Below are positions 48,386-59,200 of a stretch of DNA of 64,000 nt, one piece after another (position 1 is the first letter of the stretch; each line of letters starts with the position of its first letter). Under the pieces are notes generated by a model that saw only the letters and a list, made by a program, of their open reading frames with translations, made no database searches and was not told the origin of the DNA. Both the position numbers and the translations under genes were made by a program. Source of the stretch: Bacteroidaceae bacterium (lineage in GTDB: Bacteria > Bacteroidota > Bacteroidia > Bacteroidales > Bacteroidaceae); the NCBI GenBank assembly GCA_017530735.1, contig JAFXMB010000057.1:19275-83274 (forward strand), in the 5' to 3' direction.

Positions 48386-49276
48386 ATGAAACCAATGCTG
48401 AACCGATACCGTCAGTACCTGCTGCTGGAGAAGTCGCTGTCGCCAAATACACTTGATGCCTATATGGACGATGCGGGCAAACTGCTGGCATACCTGGAGG
48501 ACTGCGGTCTGGATGCTGAGAAGGTAACGCTTGATGACCTTCACGGTTTCGCCGCGGCCATGGGTGACCTTGGAATAGCCCCCAGATCCCAGGCGCGTAT
48601 CATTTCAGGCATAAAGTCCCTGTTCAAGTTCCTGTGCCTGGACGGCTACCGTCAGGATGATCCCAGTGAACTGCTTGAAGCACCCAAGATAGGACGCCAC
48701 CTTCCCGATGTCCTGTCAGTTGATGAGATTGACAGAATCATCAGCCAGATAGACCTGACCACAAAAGAGGGTCAGCGCAACAAGGCCATGATAGAGACCA
48801 TGTACAGTTGCGGCCTGCGTGTATCGGAACTCTGCTCGCTTAAGATGGAGGACCTGTTCCTGGATGAAGGTTTCATCCGCGTTACCGGAAAAGGCAGCAA
48901 GCAGCGTCTGGTTCCCATATCCGGCAAGGCCATCCATGAGATAGACCTCTATCTGAAGGACCGGTGCCACATTGAAATCAAACCGGGAGCCGAACCGTAC
49001 CTGTTCCTGAGCATCCGGCGCGGACGTCCGCTGACCCGTGTCATGGTCTTTGACATCGTCAAGAATCTTACCGCAATGGCCGGAATTAACAAAACGGTAA
49101 GTCCGCATACCTTCCGTCACTCGTTTGCCACTCACCTGCTTGAAGGCGGAGCCAATCTGAGAGCCATCCAGTGTATGTTGGGTCATGAAAAAATCTCCAC
49201 AACCGAAATCTATACACACATAGACAGAAGCCGTTTAAGAGAGGAAATTGTGTCTCATCACCCCCGAAATATGTAA
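48386..49276 (+). CDS. xerD: tyrosine site-specific recombinase XerD
   Basis: 296 aa with an N-terminal SAM-like core-binding domain. Catalytic region YSCGLRVSEL ... HTFRHSFATHLLEGGANLRAIQCMLGHEKISTTEIYTH. The context is housekeeping and there is no flanking mobile-element content. Confidence 0.85.
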   Translation: MKPMLNRYRQYLLLEKSLSPNTLDAYMDDAGKLLAYLEDCGLDAEKVTLDDLHGFAAAMGDLGIAPRSQARIISGIKSLFKFLCLDGYRQDDPSELLEAPKIGRHLPDVLSVDEIDRIISQIDLTTKEGQRNKAMIETMYSCGLRVSELCSLKMEDLFLDEGFIRVTGKGSKQRLVPISGKAIHEIDLYLKDRCHIEIKPGAEPYLFLSIRRGRPLTRVMVFDIVKNLTAMAGINKTVSPHTFRHSFATHLLEGGANLRAIQCMLGHEKISTTEIYTHIDRSRLREEIVSHHPRNM

Positions 49277-49356
49277 TAAATTCACATTTTTTGACAAAAT
49301 CACCTCTTTTTATTAAAAATAATGGGCATAGACCTTTGTATGTATCATTCTTTTTG

Positions 49357-49364
49357 TAGTTTTG
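49357..49364 (+). promoter_or_regulatory. candidate -7 box TAGTTTTG
   Basis: Matches TAnnTTTG, 53 nt upstream of the ATG at 49418. Confidence 0.4.
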
Positions 49365-49417
49365 TGCTCGTATGCATTATAGGCAAATACGTTTAACCAA
49401 CAATTAATAACAAAACT

Positions 49418-51103
49418 ATGACAAAATCTAGTCGTTTTGCGCTCTTTTGCGCAGGTGTCCTGATGCTTGCAAGCTGCAAGAACTTCCAGGTCAAAGAAGA
49501 GTATTTCGTAGTAAATCCTAATCCCCTTGAAGTTCAGGGCGGCGAGGTTAACTACACTGTAACCGGTACATTTCCTGAGAAGACTTTCATCAAGAAGGTT
49601 GTATGTGTCGCTACTCCCGAGCTCCGTTGGGAAGGCGGTTCAGTTAAGGGTGAGCCTGTAACTCTCCAGGGTGAGAAGATCACTGGCAACAACCAGGTTA
49701 TCGAGTGGAAGGAAGGTGGTTCATTCACCTACAACGGTAACTTCAAGTATCAGCCCGAGATGGCTAAGTCAGAGCTGTATGTAACATTTGAGGCTACAAA
49801 GAAGGGCAAACCCATTGAAGTTGAGCCCGTTAAGATTGCCGACGGTGTTATTTCAACCGCTGAGCTTTATGCCGAGACTGCAAAGGGTGCCAACACCGCA
49901 GGTTCAAAGGATGCTTTCCAGCGTATCATCAAGCAGGCTCAGGATGCAAACATCATGTTCGTAATCCAGCAGGCTAACGTACGTTCATCAGAGACCAACA
50001 GCGACGCTGTAAAGGCTATCAAGGAGTCTTTGAAGAACTTTGCCGCCGATACCAAGAACTATGCTATTGACAACCTTGAGATTTCAGCATATGCTTCACC
50101 TGATGGTGGTTTCAAACTGAACGACAAGCTGGCTGCCCAGCGTGAGAAGAACGCTGCCAACTATGCTAAGAACGAGGTTAAGAAGGCTAAGGCTAACGCT
50201 GCTATCGAGTCTAAGTACACCGCTCAGGACTGGGACGGCTTCAAGACTCTTGTTGAGCAGTCAAATCTCCAGGACAAGGATCTCATCATCCGCGTTCTTT
50301 CTATGTACGATGATCCCGAGAAGCGTGAGGCCGAGATCAAGAACCTCTCAGCTGTTTACAAGGATCTTGCTGCTGACATTCTCCCGCAGTTGCGTCGTGC
50401 CCGCCTGACTCTGAACTATCAGATCATCGGCCGTTCAGACGAGGAGATCCAGGAGGCTTACAAGACTGATGCTTCTGTTCTGAGTGTTGAGGAGCTGCTT
50501 TACGCTGCTACCCTGACTGAGGACAAGGCTCAGAAGAAGGATATCTACACCACCGCTTCAAAGAACTATCCTAACGACTACCGTGCATTCAACAACCTCG
50601 GTGAGATTGCATTCAAGGATGGAGATCTTGCTACTGCAGAGGCTAACTACAAGAAGGCTCTCGCTATCAAGGCTGACGCTCCTGAGGTTAACACCAACAT
50701 GGGTCTTCTCTGCCTTGCTCAGAACAAGCCCGCCGATGCTCAGGCTTACTTCGCTAAGGGTGGCCAGAGCTCAGAGAACAACGAGGCTCTTGGTAACATG
50801 TACATAGCACAGGGTCAGTACGAGCGTGCTCTGACTGCTCTTAAGGGCAGCAACACCAACGGTGAGGCTCTTGCAATGATCATGACTAAGGATTACGCCG
50901 GTGCTCAGAAGGTTCTTGCAGCTGTTAAGAATCCTGACGGCAACACCGCTTACCTGGCTGCTGTAGCTGCTGCCCGCACCAACGATGCTGCTGCTGTAGC
51001 TCAGAACCTCAAGAAGGCTGTTAGCCTTGACTCTTCACTGAAGGCAAAGGCACAGAAGGATCTTGAGTTCGCTAAGTTCCAGGATGCTGTAAACGCTCTC
51101 TGA
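49418..51103 (+). CDS. TPR-repeat lipoprotein
   Basis: Lipobox MLASCKN. The C-terminal half has TPR-like repeats (AFNNLGEIAFKDGDLATAEANYKKALAI, NTNMGLLCLAQNKPADAQAYFAK). The central ISAYASPDGGFKLNDKLAAQREKNA weakly resembles an OmpA-C-like core. Confidence 0.55.
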   Translation: MTKSSRFALFCAGVLMLASCKNFQVKEEYFVVNPNPLEVQGGEVNYTVTGTFPEKTFIKKVVCVATPELRWEGGSVKGEPVTLQGEKITGNNQVIEWKEGGSFTYNGNFKYQPEMAKSELYVTFEATKKGKPIEVEPVKIADGVISTAELYAETAKGANTAGSKDAFQRIIKQAQDANIMFVIQQANVRSSETNSDAVKAIKESLKNFAADTKNYAIDNLEISAYASPDGGFKLNDKLAAQREKNAANYAKNEVKKAKANAAIESKYTAQDWDGFKTLVEQSNLQDKDLIIRVLSMYDDPEKREAEIKNLSAVYKDLAADILPQLRRARLTLNYQIIGRSDEEIQEAYKTDASVLSVEELLYAATLTEDKAQKKDIYTTASKNYPNDYRAFNNLGEIAFKDGDLATAEANYKKALAIKADAPEVNTNMGLLCLAQNKPADAQAYFAKGGQSSENNEALGNMYIAQGQYERALTALKGSNTNGEALAMIMTKDYAGAQKVLAAVKNPDGNTAYLAAVAAARTNDAAAVAQNLKKAVSLDSSLKAKAQKDLEFAKFQDAVNAL

Positions 51104-51135
51104 TTATAGAAGAATAAAACTTTTCGCGTGAACAA

Positions 51136-52248
51136 ATGCCGGAAGATGAACTGACGGCGCTGCTCACTCTAAACAGAATAGACGGACTGGGATGTACAGG
51201 AGCCAAATACCTGTATGAACAGTTTGGCAGCGCGCAGGAGATCTTCAGGAATCGCGAACATCTTAAAGAAATCATACCTGGAACCAGCACACAGACCATT
51301 GATGCCTTGTGTGGTTCCGGGTATGATTCTTTTATCCGTGAAGAACTTGACTTTATTGAAAAACACGGAATTAGATGCGTAACTATCGCTGATTCTGATT
51401 ATCCTGCACGTTTGTTGGATTGCCATGATGCTCCCCTTGTTTTGTTTTCTTTGGGTAACGTCAATTACAATGCAACCCGGGTGGTTGGCGTTGTAGGCAC
51501 CCGTAAGGCCACCGATTACGGTAGGCGTATGTGCCACACCTTTATTAAAGAGCTGCATGACCTGTGTCCTGACATAACCATTGTCAGCGGACTGGCATAC
51601 GGCATAGATATTGAATCCCACAAGGCTGCCCTTGAAGCCGGATTCCCTACCATAGGAGTGCTTGCCCACGGACTGGATATGATCTATCCGTCGGCTCACA
51701 GACCTGTAGCCAAACAGATGCTTTCTGACGGCGGACTGGTTACCGAGTTCATGTCACGGACCACTCCGTTGGGACACAATTTTGTGCGTAGAAACCGTAT
51801 CATTGCGGGCCTGTCGGACGCTGTGGTGGTAGTGGAGTCTGCTGCCAAGAGCGGATCGCTTATTACTGCCGAAATTGCGGGTAGTTACAACCGTGACTGT
51901 TTTGCGTTTCCGGGCAGCGTGGGTGACCCTTACTCTGTTGGCTGCAATGAGCTGATCAGAGACAACAGGGCAAGCCTTATAACATCGGCTTTTGATATGG
52001 TCAATGCCTTGAACTGGAAAGTAAAAGGTTCAGGTGAGCCTGCCATCCAGAAGGAACTGTTCCCTGATCTGACTGATCAGGAGGAGAAGGTTTACAGCCG
52101 GATAAGACTAAAGGCGCAGGGTGTACATATCAGCACGCTGATGACGGAACTCAACATTCCGTATCCGCATCTTTCTACAATACTTTTCAGTCTTGAAATG
52201 AAGGGTCTGATAAAACAGGCTCCGGGATCACTGTGCAAGCCGTTATAG
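51136..52248 (+). CDS. dprA: DNA-processing protein DprA
   Basis: Motifs VVGVVGTRKATDYG, IVSGLAYGIDIESHKAAL and ESAAKSGSLITA, with a C-terminal winged-helix-like tail. Confidence 0.9.
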   Translation: MPEDELTALLTLNRIDGLGCTGAKYLYEQFGSAQEIFRNREHLKEIIPGTSTQTIDALCGSGYDSFIREELDFIEKHGIRCVTIADSDYPARLLDCHDAPLVLFSLGNVNYNATRVVGVVGTRKATDYGRRMCHTFIKELHDLCPDITIVSGLAYGIDIESHKAALEAGFPTIGVLAHGLDMIYPSAHRPVAKQMLSDGGLVTEFMSRTTPLGHNFVRRNRIIAGLSDAVVVVESAAKSGSLITAEIAGSYNRDCFAFPGSVGDPYSVGCNELIRDNRASLITSAFDMVNALNWKVKGSGEPAIQKELFPDLTDQEEKVYSRIRLKAQGVHISTLMTELNIPYPHLSTILFSLEMKGLIKQAPGSLCKPL

Positions 52249-55200
52249 CTTGCGCAGTGAATCCTTGAACTGTGAGGGTGTCATGCCTGTCTCCTGCTTG
52301 AAGACAGTGCTGAAGTACTGGCTCTCGGAGAATCCTGTCTCCTCGGCAATGGTACCTACAGACTTGTTGGTCTTGGAGAGCATCTCCTTGGCCACGTCTA
52401 TCCTTATACGGCGTATGTACTTGTTGGTGGATGCGCCAACCAGGTTGTTCATCTTGTTGAACAGGGTGGTGCGTGACACGTTCATATGGTCCACTATCAT
52501 ATCTACGCCCAGCATGGTGTTGCTCAGGTTCTCGCGGATAAAGCGGTTCAACTTGAGTACGAACTGCTCATCGGCCGCACTGAATGTCTGATCCTCAGAG
52601 ATTGCTGTAAAGAACGATGTGGCGTACTGACGCTTGATCTCGTATCGGTTCTTTAACTGGCTCCTTATTATCTTGTACAGAAGCTTGGAATCAAACGGTT
52701 TGGGCAGGAATGAGTCGGCACCCATCTTGTAACCCATATCCTGGTTCTTGGGATCGCTTCGGGAGGTAAGCAGGATCACGGGAATACTACTTAACTCTAG
52801 ATCGGTCTTGATTGTCTTACAGAGTTCAAAACCGTTCATGCGGGGCATCATGATGTCGCTGACTACTACGTTAGGCATACGCTGGCGTATCAGATCCAGG
52901 GCCTCCTTACCGTCATGGGCCGTGTAGATGGTCTTGAACAGTGAAGAGTACTCATCCTTGATGAACTGCAGTATGTCATCCTGGTCATCGACAATGAGCA
53001 GTGTCATGCTCTTGGTGTCAAAATCAACCTCCTCAGTCTGAGCGGGCACCTCAATGTTTCCAAAGTCAGTCGGCTCAGTCATAACAGGCATCTGAGGCTT
53101 GGCTGGTGCGGTATGGTACTTCTCGCCCAGACTGTCCGGTATCTGAATGGTAAAGGTTGATCCGGGACCGTTATTCTTTTCGGCTGTGATGGAACCGTCA
53201 AGCAACTCTATGAGACGTTTGGCGTGTGTCAGTCCGAGTCCGTAGCCGGGAATGTTCTCATTCTCCCTGTAGTAGCGTTTGAACAGTTCCTCGGGGCGGC
53301 AGGTGAATCCGCGGCCTTCATCATGGAACTTTATCCAGATATATCCCTTTTCATGACCGGTTGATACGGTGATGGTTCCGGTATCACTGTACTTGATGGC
53401 ATTTGACATGATGTTGTTGACTGCGGTCTCAACCATCTTGATATCCATATCCACCTTGCCAAGGTCCGGCATAGGATTGAATTCTGTCTTCAGGCCCTTG
53501 GAGTAACAGTCAATCTTGAAGTCCTCCAGTATCTTGCCGAGCCATTCGTTCAAATCTATCTGTTCTATGGAGATGTCGTTTCTGGTGATGTCATTGGTGC
53601 CCTTGTCAAGAATGGTGTTAACCATATCTGTCATCTTCTGTACCTGATTGAAGATGCGTTCCAGACGTTCATAGTCAGCACCTTTGACTGTCTTCTCCTC
53701 GAGCATGTCCTTTACGGGATTGTATATAAGCGACAGCGGTGTACGCAGTTCATGAGCCAGGTTGGACATGAGTGATATCTTGTCATCCTTGTGCTTGTTC
53801 TCCTGGGCGTTCATGGCGCGATCCATATCAATCTGCTTGAGACTGATTCCTACCTTTGATATGGTCACGCTTATGGATATGATTATGACTAATATGAGCA
53901 GATATGCGGGAGCGGTCATGATGAACGGGCGTGCCACATTGTAGGATAGAATCTCCAGCGGCTCGCTCCATCCCTGAATGGTTCTCTGGCTTACCGTAAG
54001 GGTAAATGATCCGTGGGTGGACTTGGGAATTGAGTACTCCGTGCTGTTGGTTATGGATTCCGATACAGGGAACGGACGTCCTTTCTTAAGCAGAACATAC
54101 TTGAGTGATAAGGGTCTGGTAGGATCAAACTGGTCTATGGCAACATGAACGTTCAGAAGGGAGAACTTGTTGGGGATTGCAAGAGCCTTGTCCTGTTTGT
54201 TGCCTGTACTTTCATAGATTGTACCGTCCAGCACGATCTTGGTCAGACACATAGGTGAAGGATTGCTGTTTAAGCGCATGCTTACGTCATCGGGATTGAT
54301 GACGATAAAACCTGAAGTGTTGGGGAAATAAACATATCCCTTCCTTGAAACGATAGAGAAACCGGGAAGGAAATTCAGTATCGTTCCGCAGTCTCTGCCG
54401 TAATAGGTGTAAGGATCCTTGAAATCCTTGTCATTGGTGTCAATCATTATCATGAATGACTTGTCTGTGGCAACCCAAAGGTGGTCATGACGGTCCATTG
54501 ACATGGAGAGGAACACTCCGTAGTCCTTGTTGTCCATAACCTTGGAGAGCTTGTTGGCTCTGGGGTCATAGTTTATTATTTCGTCCGGAGAGCAGGCCCA
54601 GATAATACCGCGTGAATCCTCTACCACGTTTGTAATATCGCTCTGGTCATCTTCGGGAGACTGGAATACAAGACGTGCCAGAAGGGTCCTGTAGTCAATC
54701 TCATAGATACATCCGTTGCAAACTACCGTTGCGTGTGACGGACGTTCCTTGACATCCAGCACCACACCTCTGTTTTCCTCTCCGTTTTTCTGGAGGAAAA
54801 TCTCACGGACTTCCTTGATAGCACGGCGGTATATGAAATGACGTCCGTTGCAGTTGAACAGCATTATATCGCCGTCAGGGGTGGTTATGGTCTTGAGATT
54901 GGTCAGTCTTGATGATGAGATGTTGATACCTGCATCGGCCATGAAACGGGCGGGTGAAATCCTTCCTGTTCTCTTGTTGAAAAGGAACAGTCCCTGTGAA
55001 CGGTCTGTTATGAGCAGGTTCTCATTGTCAAAACTGCAGATTCCGGAAACCCTCATTCCTTCAGTTGAGGGATAAAAGGTCTGAGTCTCGGACTCTTCAT
55101 TATACTTGCTGAGTCCGAATCCCGCAGAACCGAACCAGAATGTTCCGTCGTTCTCCTGATATCCGGAAATGGGAATACTGTATGTCTCGGCTCCGTGATC

Positions 55201-56214
55201 CGGAATACTGTTGTTTATGTTATGGAAGAATGAACGTTTCAGGGTTACCACTCCACGATGAAGTGTTCCCAGAATGAGTTCGTTCTCCTGGGTGTTAACC
55301 AGGGCACACAATACATGAAGGGGTTCAATTTTACCAAAAGGCTGCTCATCGTACTTTCCGGTCTTGCGGTTCAGAACCGATACTCCGCTTTCGGCGGCAC
55401 AGATAAGAAGGGTGCTGTCGGTGAGTTCGGCCAGGTATGTGATGTTTTCCTCTGAATGGCTGGAAGCAGGGGAGTTATAATGGGCTATCATGTCAAACCC
55501 CGATTTCACATAGTATCCTGATATTCCCTTGTCCTTGTATGCAATCCACAGAATATCCTTGGAGTCTATGAATGCAGTACGGCTTATCATGTTGTATCCG
55601 AGCGGATCCATATGTGTAAGAGCGCCTGTCGAGGTGTTGAGATGGTAAATACCGCGGTCATCCTCAACAAGTAGTAACTGGCTTGGGTCATCTGACACCT
55701 TGAGTATCTTGGTAAAGTGGAACTGACGTTCTGAAGGGAACTGGGCAATCATCTGTGTGGTGCAGGTATTCATATCATACAGCATCACAGCACCAAGCGG
55801 CATATTGTAGAAGTAGGCCGAATCACCTACCATCATTATATATTCTGTTCGCAGGATTTTGCCCTCATAGGTGACAAGACGTGTAGAGTCGTTTTCAGCA
55901 TCAAAATCAATGATATGGTTGGTGGTAGCCAGGATGGCACGTCTGGAACAGCCTATAGATATGACATCGCCGGTAACTATGTCATCCTTGCCTACGGTGA
56001 AATACTGGTACTGACGTATTGTTCCGTTTGAAATCAGGTTGGCACCATTGGTGGTTCCTACCCAGAGTCTTCCGTAGTAATCCCTGGCAAAAGACCTGAC
56101 GGCATTGCAACTCAGACCTTTGTCAATGGATATCTGTACCTGTTGGGTGTAAAACGCACTTGCGGTCAGACAGGTTAATGCAGATAACAGTAATGTCAGA
56201 AACCTCTTTTTCAT
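52243..56214 (-). CDS. hybrid two-component system sensor kinase/response regulator (HTCS): periplasmic propellers + Y_Y_Y + TM + HisKA/HATPase + REC + AraC HTH
   Basis: 1323 aa with a signal peptide. H-box SNLAHELRTPLSLI, ATPase NAIKYS...DEGRGF...GYGLGL, receiver LLIVDDQDD...VVVSDIMMP...LLTSRS...LPKP, and a C-terminal AraC-type HTH. Confidence 0.9.
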   Translation of the reverse strand: MKKRFLTLLLSALTCLTASAFYTQQVQISIDKGLSCNAVRSFARDYYGRLWVGTTNGANLISNGTIRQYQYFTVGKDDIVTGDVISIGCSRRAILATTNHIIDFDAENDSTRLVTYEGKILRTEYIMMVGDSAYFYNMPLGAVMLYDMNTCTTQMIAQFPSERQFHFTKILKVSDDPSQLLLVEDDRGIYHLNTSTGALTHMDPLGYNMISRTAFIDSKDILWIAYKDKGISGYYVKSGFDMIAHYNSPASSHSEENITYLAELTDSTLLICAAESGVSVLNRKTGKYDEQPFGKIEPLHVLCALVNTQENELILGTLHRGVVTLKRSFFHNINNSIPDHGAETYSIPISGYQENDGTFWFGSAGFGLSKYNEESETQTFYPSTEGMRVSGICSFDNENLLITDRSQGLFLFNKRTGRISPARFMADAGINISSSRLTNLKTITTPDGDIMLFNCNGRHFIYRRAIKEVREIFLQKNGEENRGVVLDVKERPSHATVVCNGCIYEIDYRTLLARLVFQSPEDDQSDITNVVEDSRGIIWACSPDEIINYDPRANKLSKVMDNKDYGVFLSMSMDRHDHLWVATDKSFMIMIDTNDKDFKDPYTYYGRDCGTILNFLPGFSIVSRKGYVYFPNTSGFIVINPDDVSMRLNSNPSPMCLTKIVLDGTIYESTGNKQDKALAIPNKFSLLNVHVAIDQFDPTRPLSLKYVLLKKGRPFPVSESITNSTEYSIPKSTHGSFTLTVSQRTIQGWSEPLEILSYNVARPFIMTAPAYLLILVIIISISVTISKVGISLKQIDMDRAMNAQENKHKDDKISLMSNLAHELRTPLSLIYNPVKDMLEEKTVKGADYERLERIFNQVQKMTDMVNTILDKGTNDITRNDISIEQIDLNEWLGKILEDFKIDCYSKGLKTEFNPMPDLGKVDMDIKMVETAVNNIMSNAIKYSDTGTITVSTGHEKGYIWIKFHDEGRGFTCRPEELFKRYYRENENIPGYGLGLTHAKRLIELLDGSITAEKNNGPGSTFTIQIPDSLGEKYHTAPAKPQMPVMTEPTDFGNIEVPAQTEEVDFDTKSMTLLIVDDQDDILQFIKDEYSSLFKTIYTAHDGKEALDLIRQRMPNVVVSDIMMPRMNGFELCKTIKTDLELSSIPVILLTSRSDPKNQDMGYKMGADSFLPKPFDSKLLYKIIRSQLKNRYEIKRQYATSFFTAISEDQTFSAADEQFVLKLNRFIRENLSNTMLGVDMIVDHMNVSRTTLFNKMNNLVGASTNKYIRRIRIDVAKEMLSKTNKSVGTIAEETGFSESQYFSTVFKQETGMTPSQFKDSLRKL

Positions 56215-56261
56215 ATGGCCGATAATCTGTGATTGTTGTGCTAATGTAGTAAAAAAATAAC

Positions 56262-59200
56262 TTATTGTTCCCTCATGTCCTCCAATGTCTTGCCTGTCTC
56301 ACGCTTGAATGCCTTGTTCATGGCATCTACGCTGGTAAAGCCGGTCTGCTTTGCTATGGATTCCACATCCTCGTCAGTACCGGTCAGTTTATCCTTGACG
56401 ATGCTGACCCTGAATCTTGTCAGATAATTGGACAGGTCTGTACCGAGCAGTCCCTTCATCTTGCGGTTCATCATTACGCGTGTCATACCCGTCTGCTTGA
56501 GTATGTAGTCCTCATTGAGTGACGGATCAGAGATGAACTGCTCAATCAGGGAGTTGAGTGAGCCTATGAACTCCTCGTCAGTTACGCTGAAGGTCTGATC
56601 TGAACTCATCTTGCTGAAGAATCCAAAGTTGTACTGACGCTTTATCTCAAACCTTCCGCCAAGCTGGCTTCGGATAATGGTGTTCATCTGCTTGAAGTCA
56701 TACGGTTTGGGGATGAATGCATCGGCACCCATCTTGTAACCCAGACTCTTGTTGCGCTCGTCGCTGCGTGAAGTAAGGAGTATGACCGGAATATGACTGA
56801 TGTCAAGGGTGCTCTTGATATAGCGGCAGAGTTCAAATCCGTCGGGTTCGGGTATATCGATATCACTTACCACAAGGTCTATGTCCGTACTGTTCAGCAG
56901 AGTTACGGCGTCATTTCCACTATTGGCAGTGTGGATCATCCTGAACATACTTTCAAACTCTTTGCAGAAGGAGTCTGCCATCTCATTGTCGGCACAGACA
57001 TACAGGACAGTCATATCGTTGGTATCGAAATCCTGGGCCATACCCTCCAGCATGCTGTCGGGAGTATCGTCTGCAGCGGACTTGGATTTACGGGCTGAGT
57101 CTGATGCCGAATGTGAAGAGGGGTTTTTCTTGCCGGGGGCCGACGGGAACTCCATGAAGAAGGTAGAACCTGCTCCGTCCTCGTTGTTGAAAGCCGACAT
57201 GATACCTCCTATAAGACTCAACTGCAGTCTCGCATAGGGGAGTCCCAGACCGTATCCGGGTATTGAACTGTCCACATTGTCCCTGTAATAGCGCTTGAAA
57301 AGGTCCTCGGGGTCACATGAGAATCCGCGTCCCTGGTCCTTGACCGATACACGTATGGTGTCGCCCGTCTTCTGAGTGCTGACAATGATGGCTGTTCCGG
57401 GGTTGCTGTACTTGATGGCGTTGTTGACCATATTGGAGAGTCCGGTCTCAATGATTCTCTTGTCGATGGATACCATGCCTATGGAGTTGTCCATGATGAA
57501 CTTGAGGCTGAATCCCTTGCCGTAACAGTCAATACGGTAATCCTCCAGCAGGAAGTTGAGCCACTCGTTAAGGTTAACCTCCTCAATAAGTATATCGGCC
57601 TTGTTGACATCGGCACGGCTGCTGTCCAGGATCATGTTGACCATTACTGTCATCTTGTTGACCTGGTTGAATATACGCTCCATACGTTCGTAATCGATAC
57701 CGTCCACTGATTTCTCCTGCAGGAAATCCTTTACGGGGTTGTATATGAGCGAGAGCGGCGTGCGCAGCTCGTGGGCTATGTTTGAAAGGAACGCAATCTT
57801 GTCTTCGCGGTTCTTGATGTCCTGGGCAGCAATGGCCTTCTCCAAGCGGTTCTTCTCCCTGTTGCTTGAGAACCGGGCAATTGAATAACCGAATATCAGC
57901 AACACCAGAAGTGCCGAGAGGACACCCGGTACGGTTCCCAGGAAGTGTTTGGGAACCCTGAAGGTGAGTATGGTCTGCGGCTCGCTGAGTCCTTTTCGGT
58001 AAGCCTGTCTGATTACTACGTTGTATGTTCCGTAATCCAGTTTGGGGATGGTTATGGTGGTTCCGGTAGTGCTTACGGCCCTAACCAGTATGTTATCCCT
58101 GTAGATGTTGTAAATGATGAGGTGTGGATAGGTGGGGTTGAATGAGTTTGCCGAGAATTCCAGGTTCAGTTCCCTGTATTTTGTGGGCAGTCTCAAGGGC
58201 GTGTTTACGGAGTTCCGTATCTCCTGTATTGAATAATCCTTTTTCTCGGTATGGGCAGCCGTGCAGATGACATCAACGGGCGGAGTGTCAATCATAAGCG
58301 AACTGTTGGTGTTGATGGTCACCATGCCTATGTAGTTGGGGAACAGGACTATGCCGGATCTGGTGCAGAGGGAGAATGAGTTCAGGAACCGCGAACTGGG
58401 CACGCCGTCTTCAATGGAGTATAGCAGAAGTTCCTTCTTAGAGGGATCATACATCTGGATGTACTCATTGGTGGTAGTGAACCATATCCTGTCCCTGGTG
58501 TCAACGGCTATGTTCAGGAATCGGCCGTTTCCCCATGTCTCTACAAGAATCTCGTCAAAGTTGGAACGGGGATCATAACGATGCAGTCCGTCCGGTTCGG
58601 TAAAGAAAAGATCTCCCTTTGAATTGGGCTCAAGAGAGGTGATGTTGTGTATGACTTTATCCTTGTTCTGGTAGATACACCTGCTTTCAAGTGAGGAATA
58701 GTTTATCTCTATGATGGTTCCCCTGTAAGTGACGTATACGGCATACGGAGTGGAGCAGACATTCTCTATGAGTCTGATTTCCTCATTATCCTGTGAGAAC
58801 AACAGCAGTTCCTCAATTTTTGCAGTGTTTTTGCGGTAGACGTAATGGTGTGAACTGAAGTTGAATATAAAGACATCTCCGTTGTCGGCACGGGCCAACT
58901 GTACGTTCCTTAGGTCTGCATATGAGGGTGTGGGGATATCGGGATAACGTGAAACACGTTGCATGACCCTGTTCTGGATGCGGTTAAAGAAGAGCAGTCC
59001 CATCTTTTCATCCGCTATCAGGAAAACGTTATCATCATCAATGGGACACATGGAGACAATCTTCAGTTTCTCAGTACCTTTCAATACGGTACTCTGCTGG
59101 TTGACAGGGTCTATCCTGGTCAGACCGTTGCCCATGGTAGCCAGTATTACGGTACCCTCAGGTTCTTCCAGGGCCGATATGTAGTTTTCAAAACCCAGTA

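Noticed and set aside
48386-49276. A tyrosine recombinase as a possible integrase marking a mobile element.
   Set aside because: It is of XerD size (296 aa) with XerD-like N- and C-terminal motifs. It is flanked by conserved housekeeping genes (rbfA, an O-methyltransferase, dprA). I see no att-like repeats, cargo genes or compositional shift.
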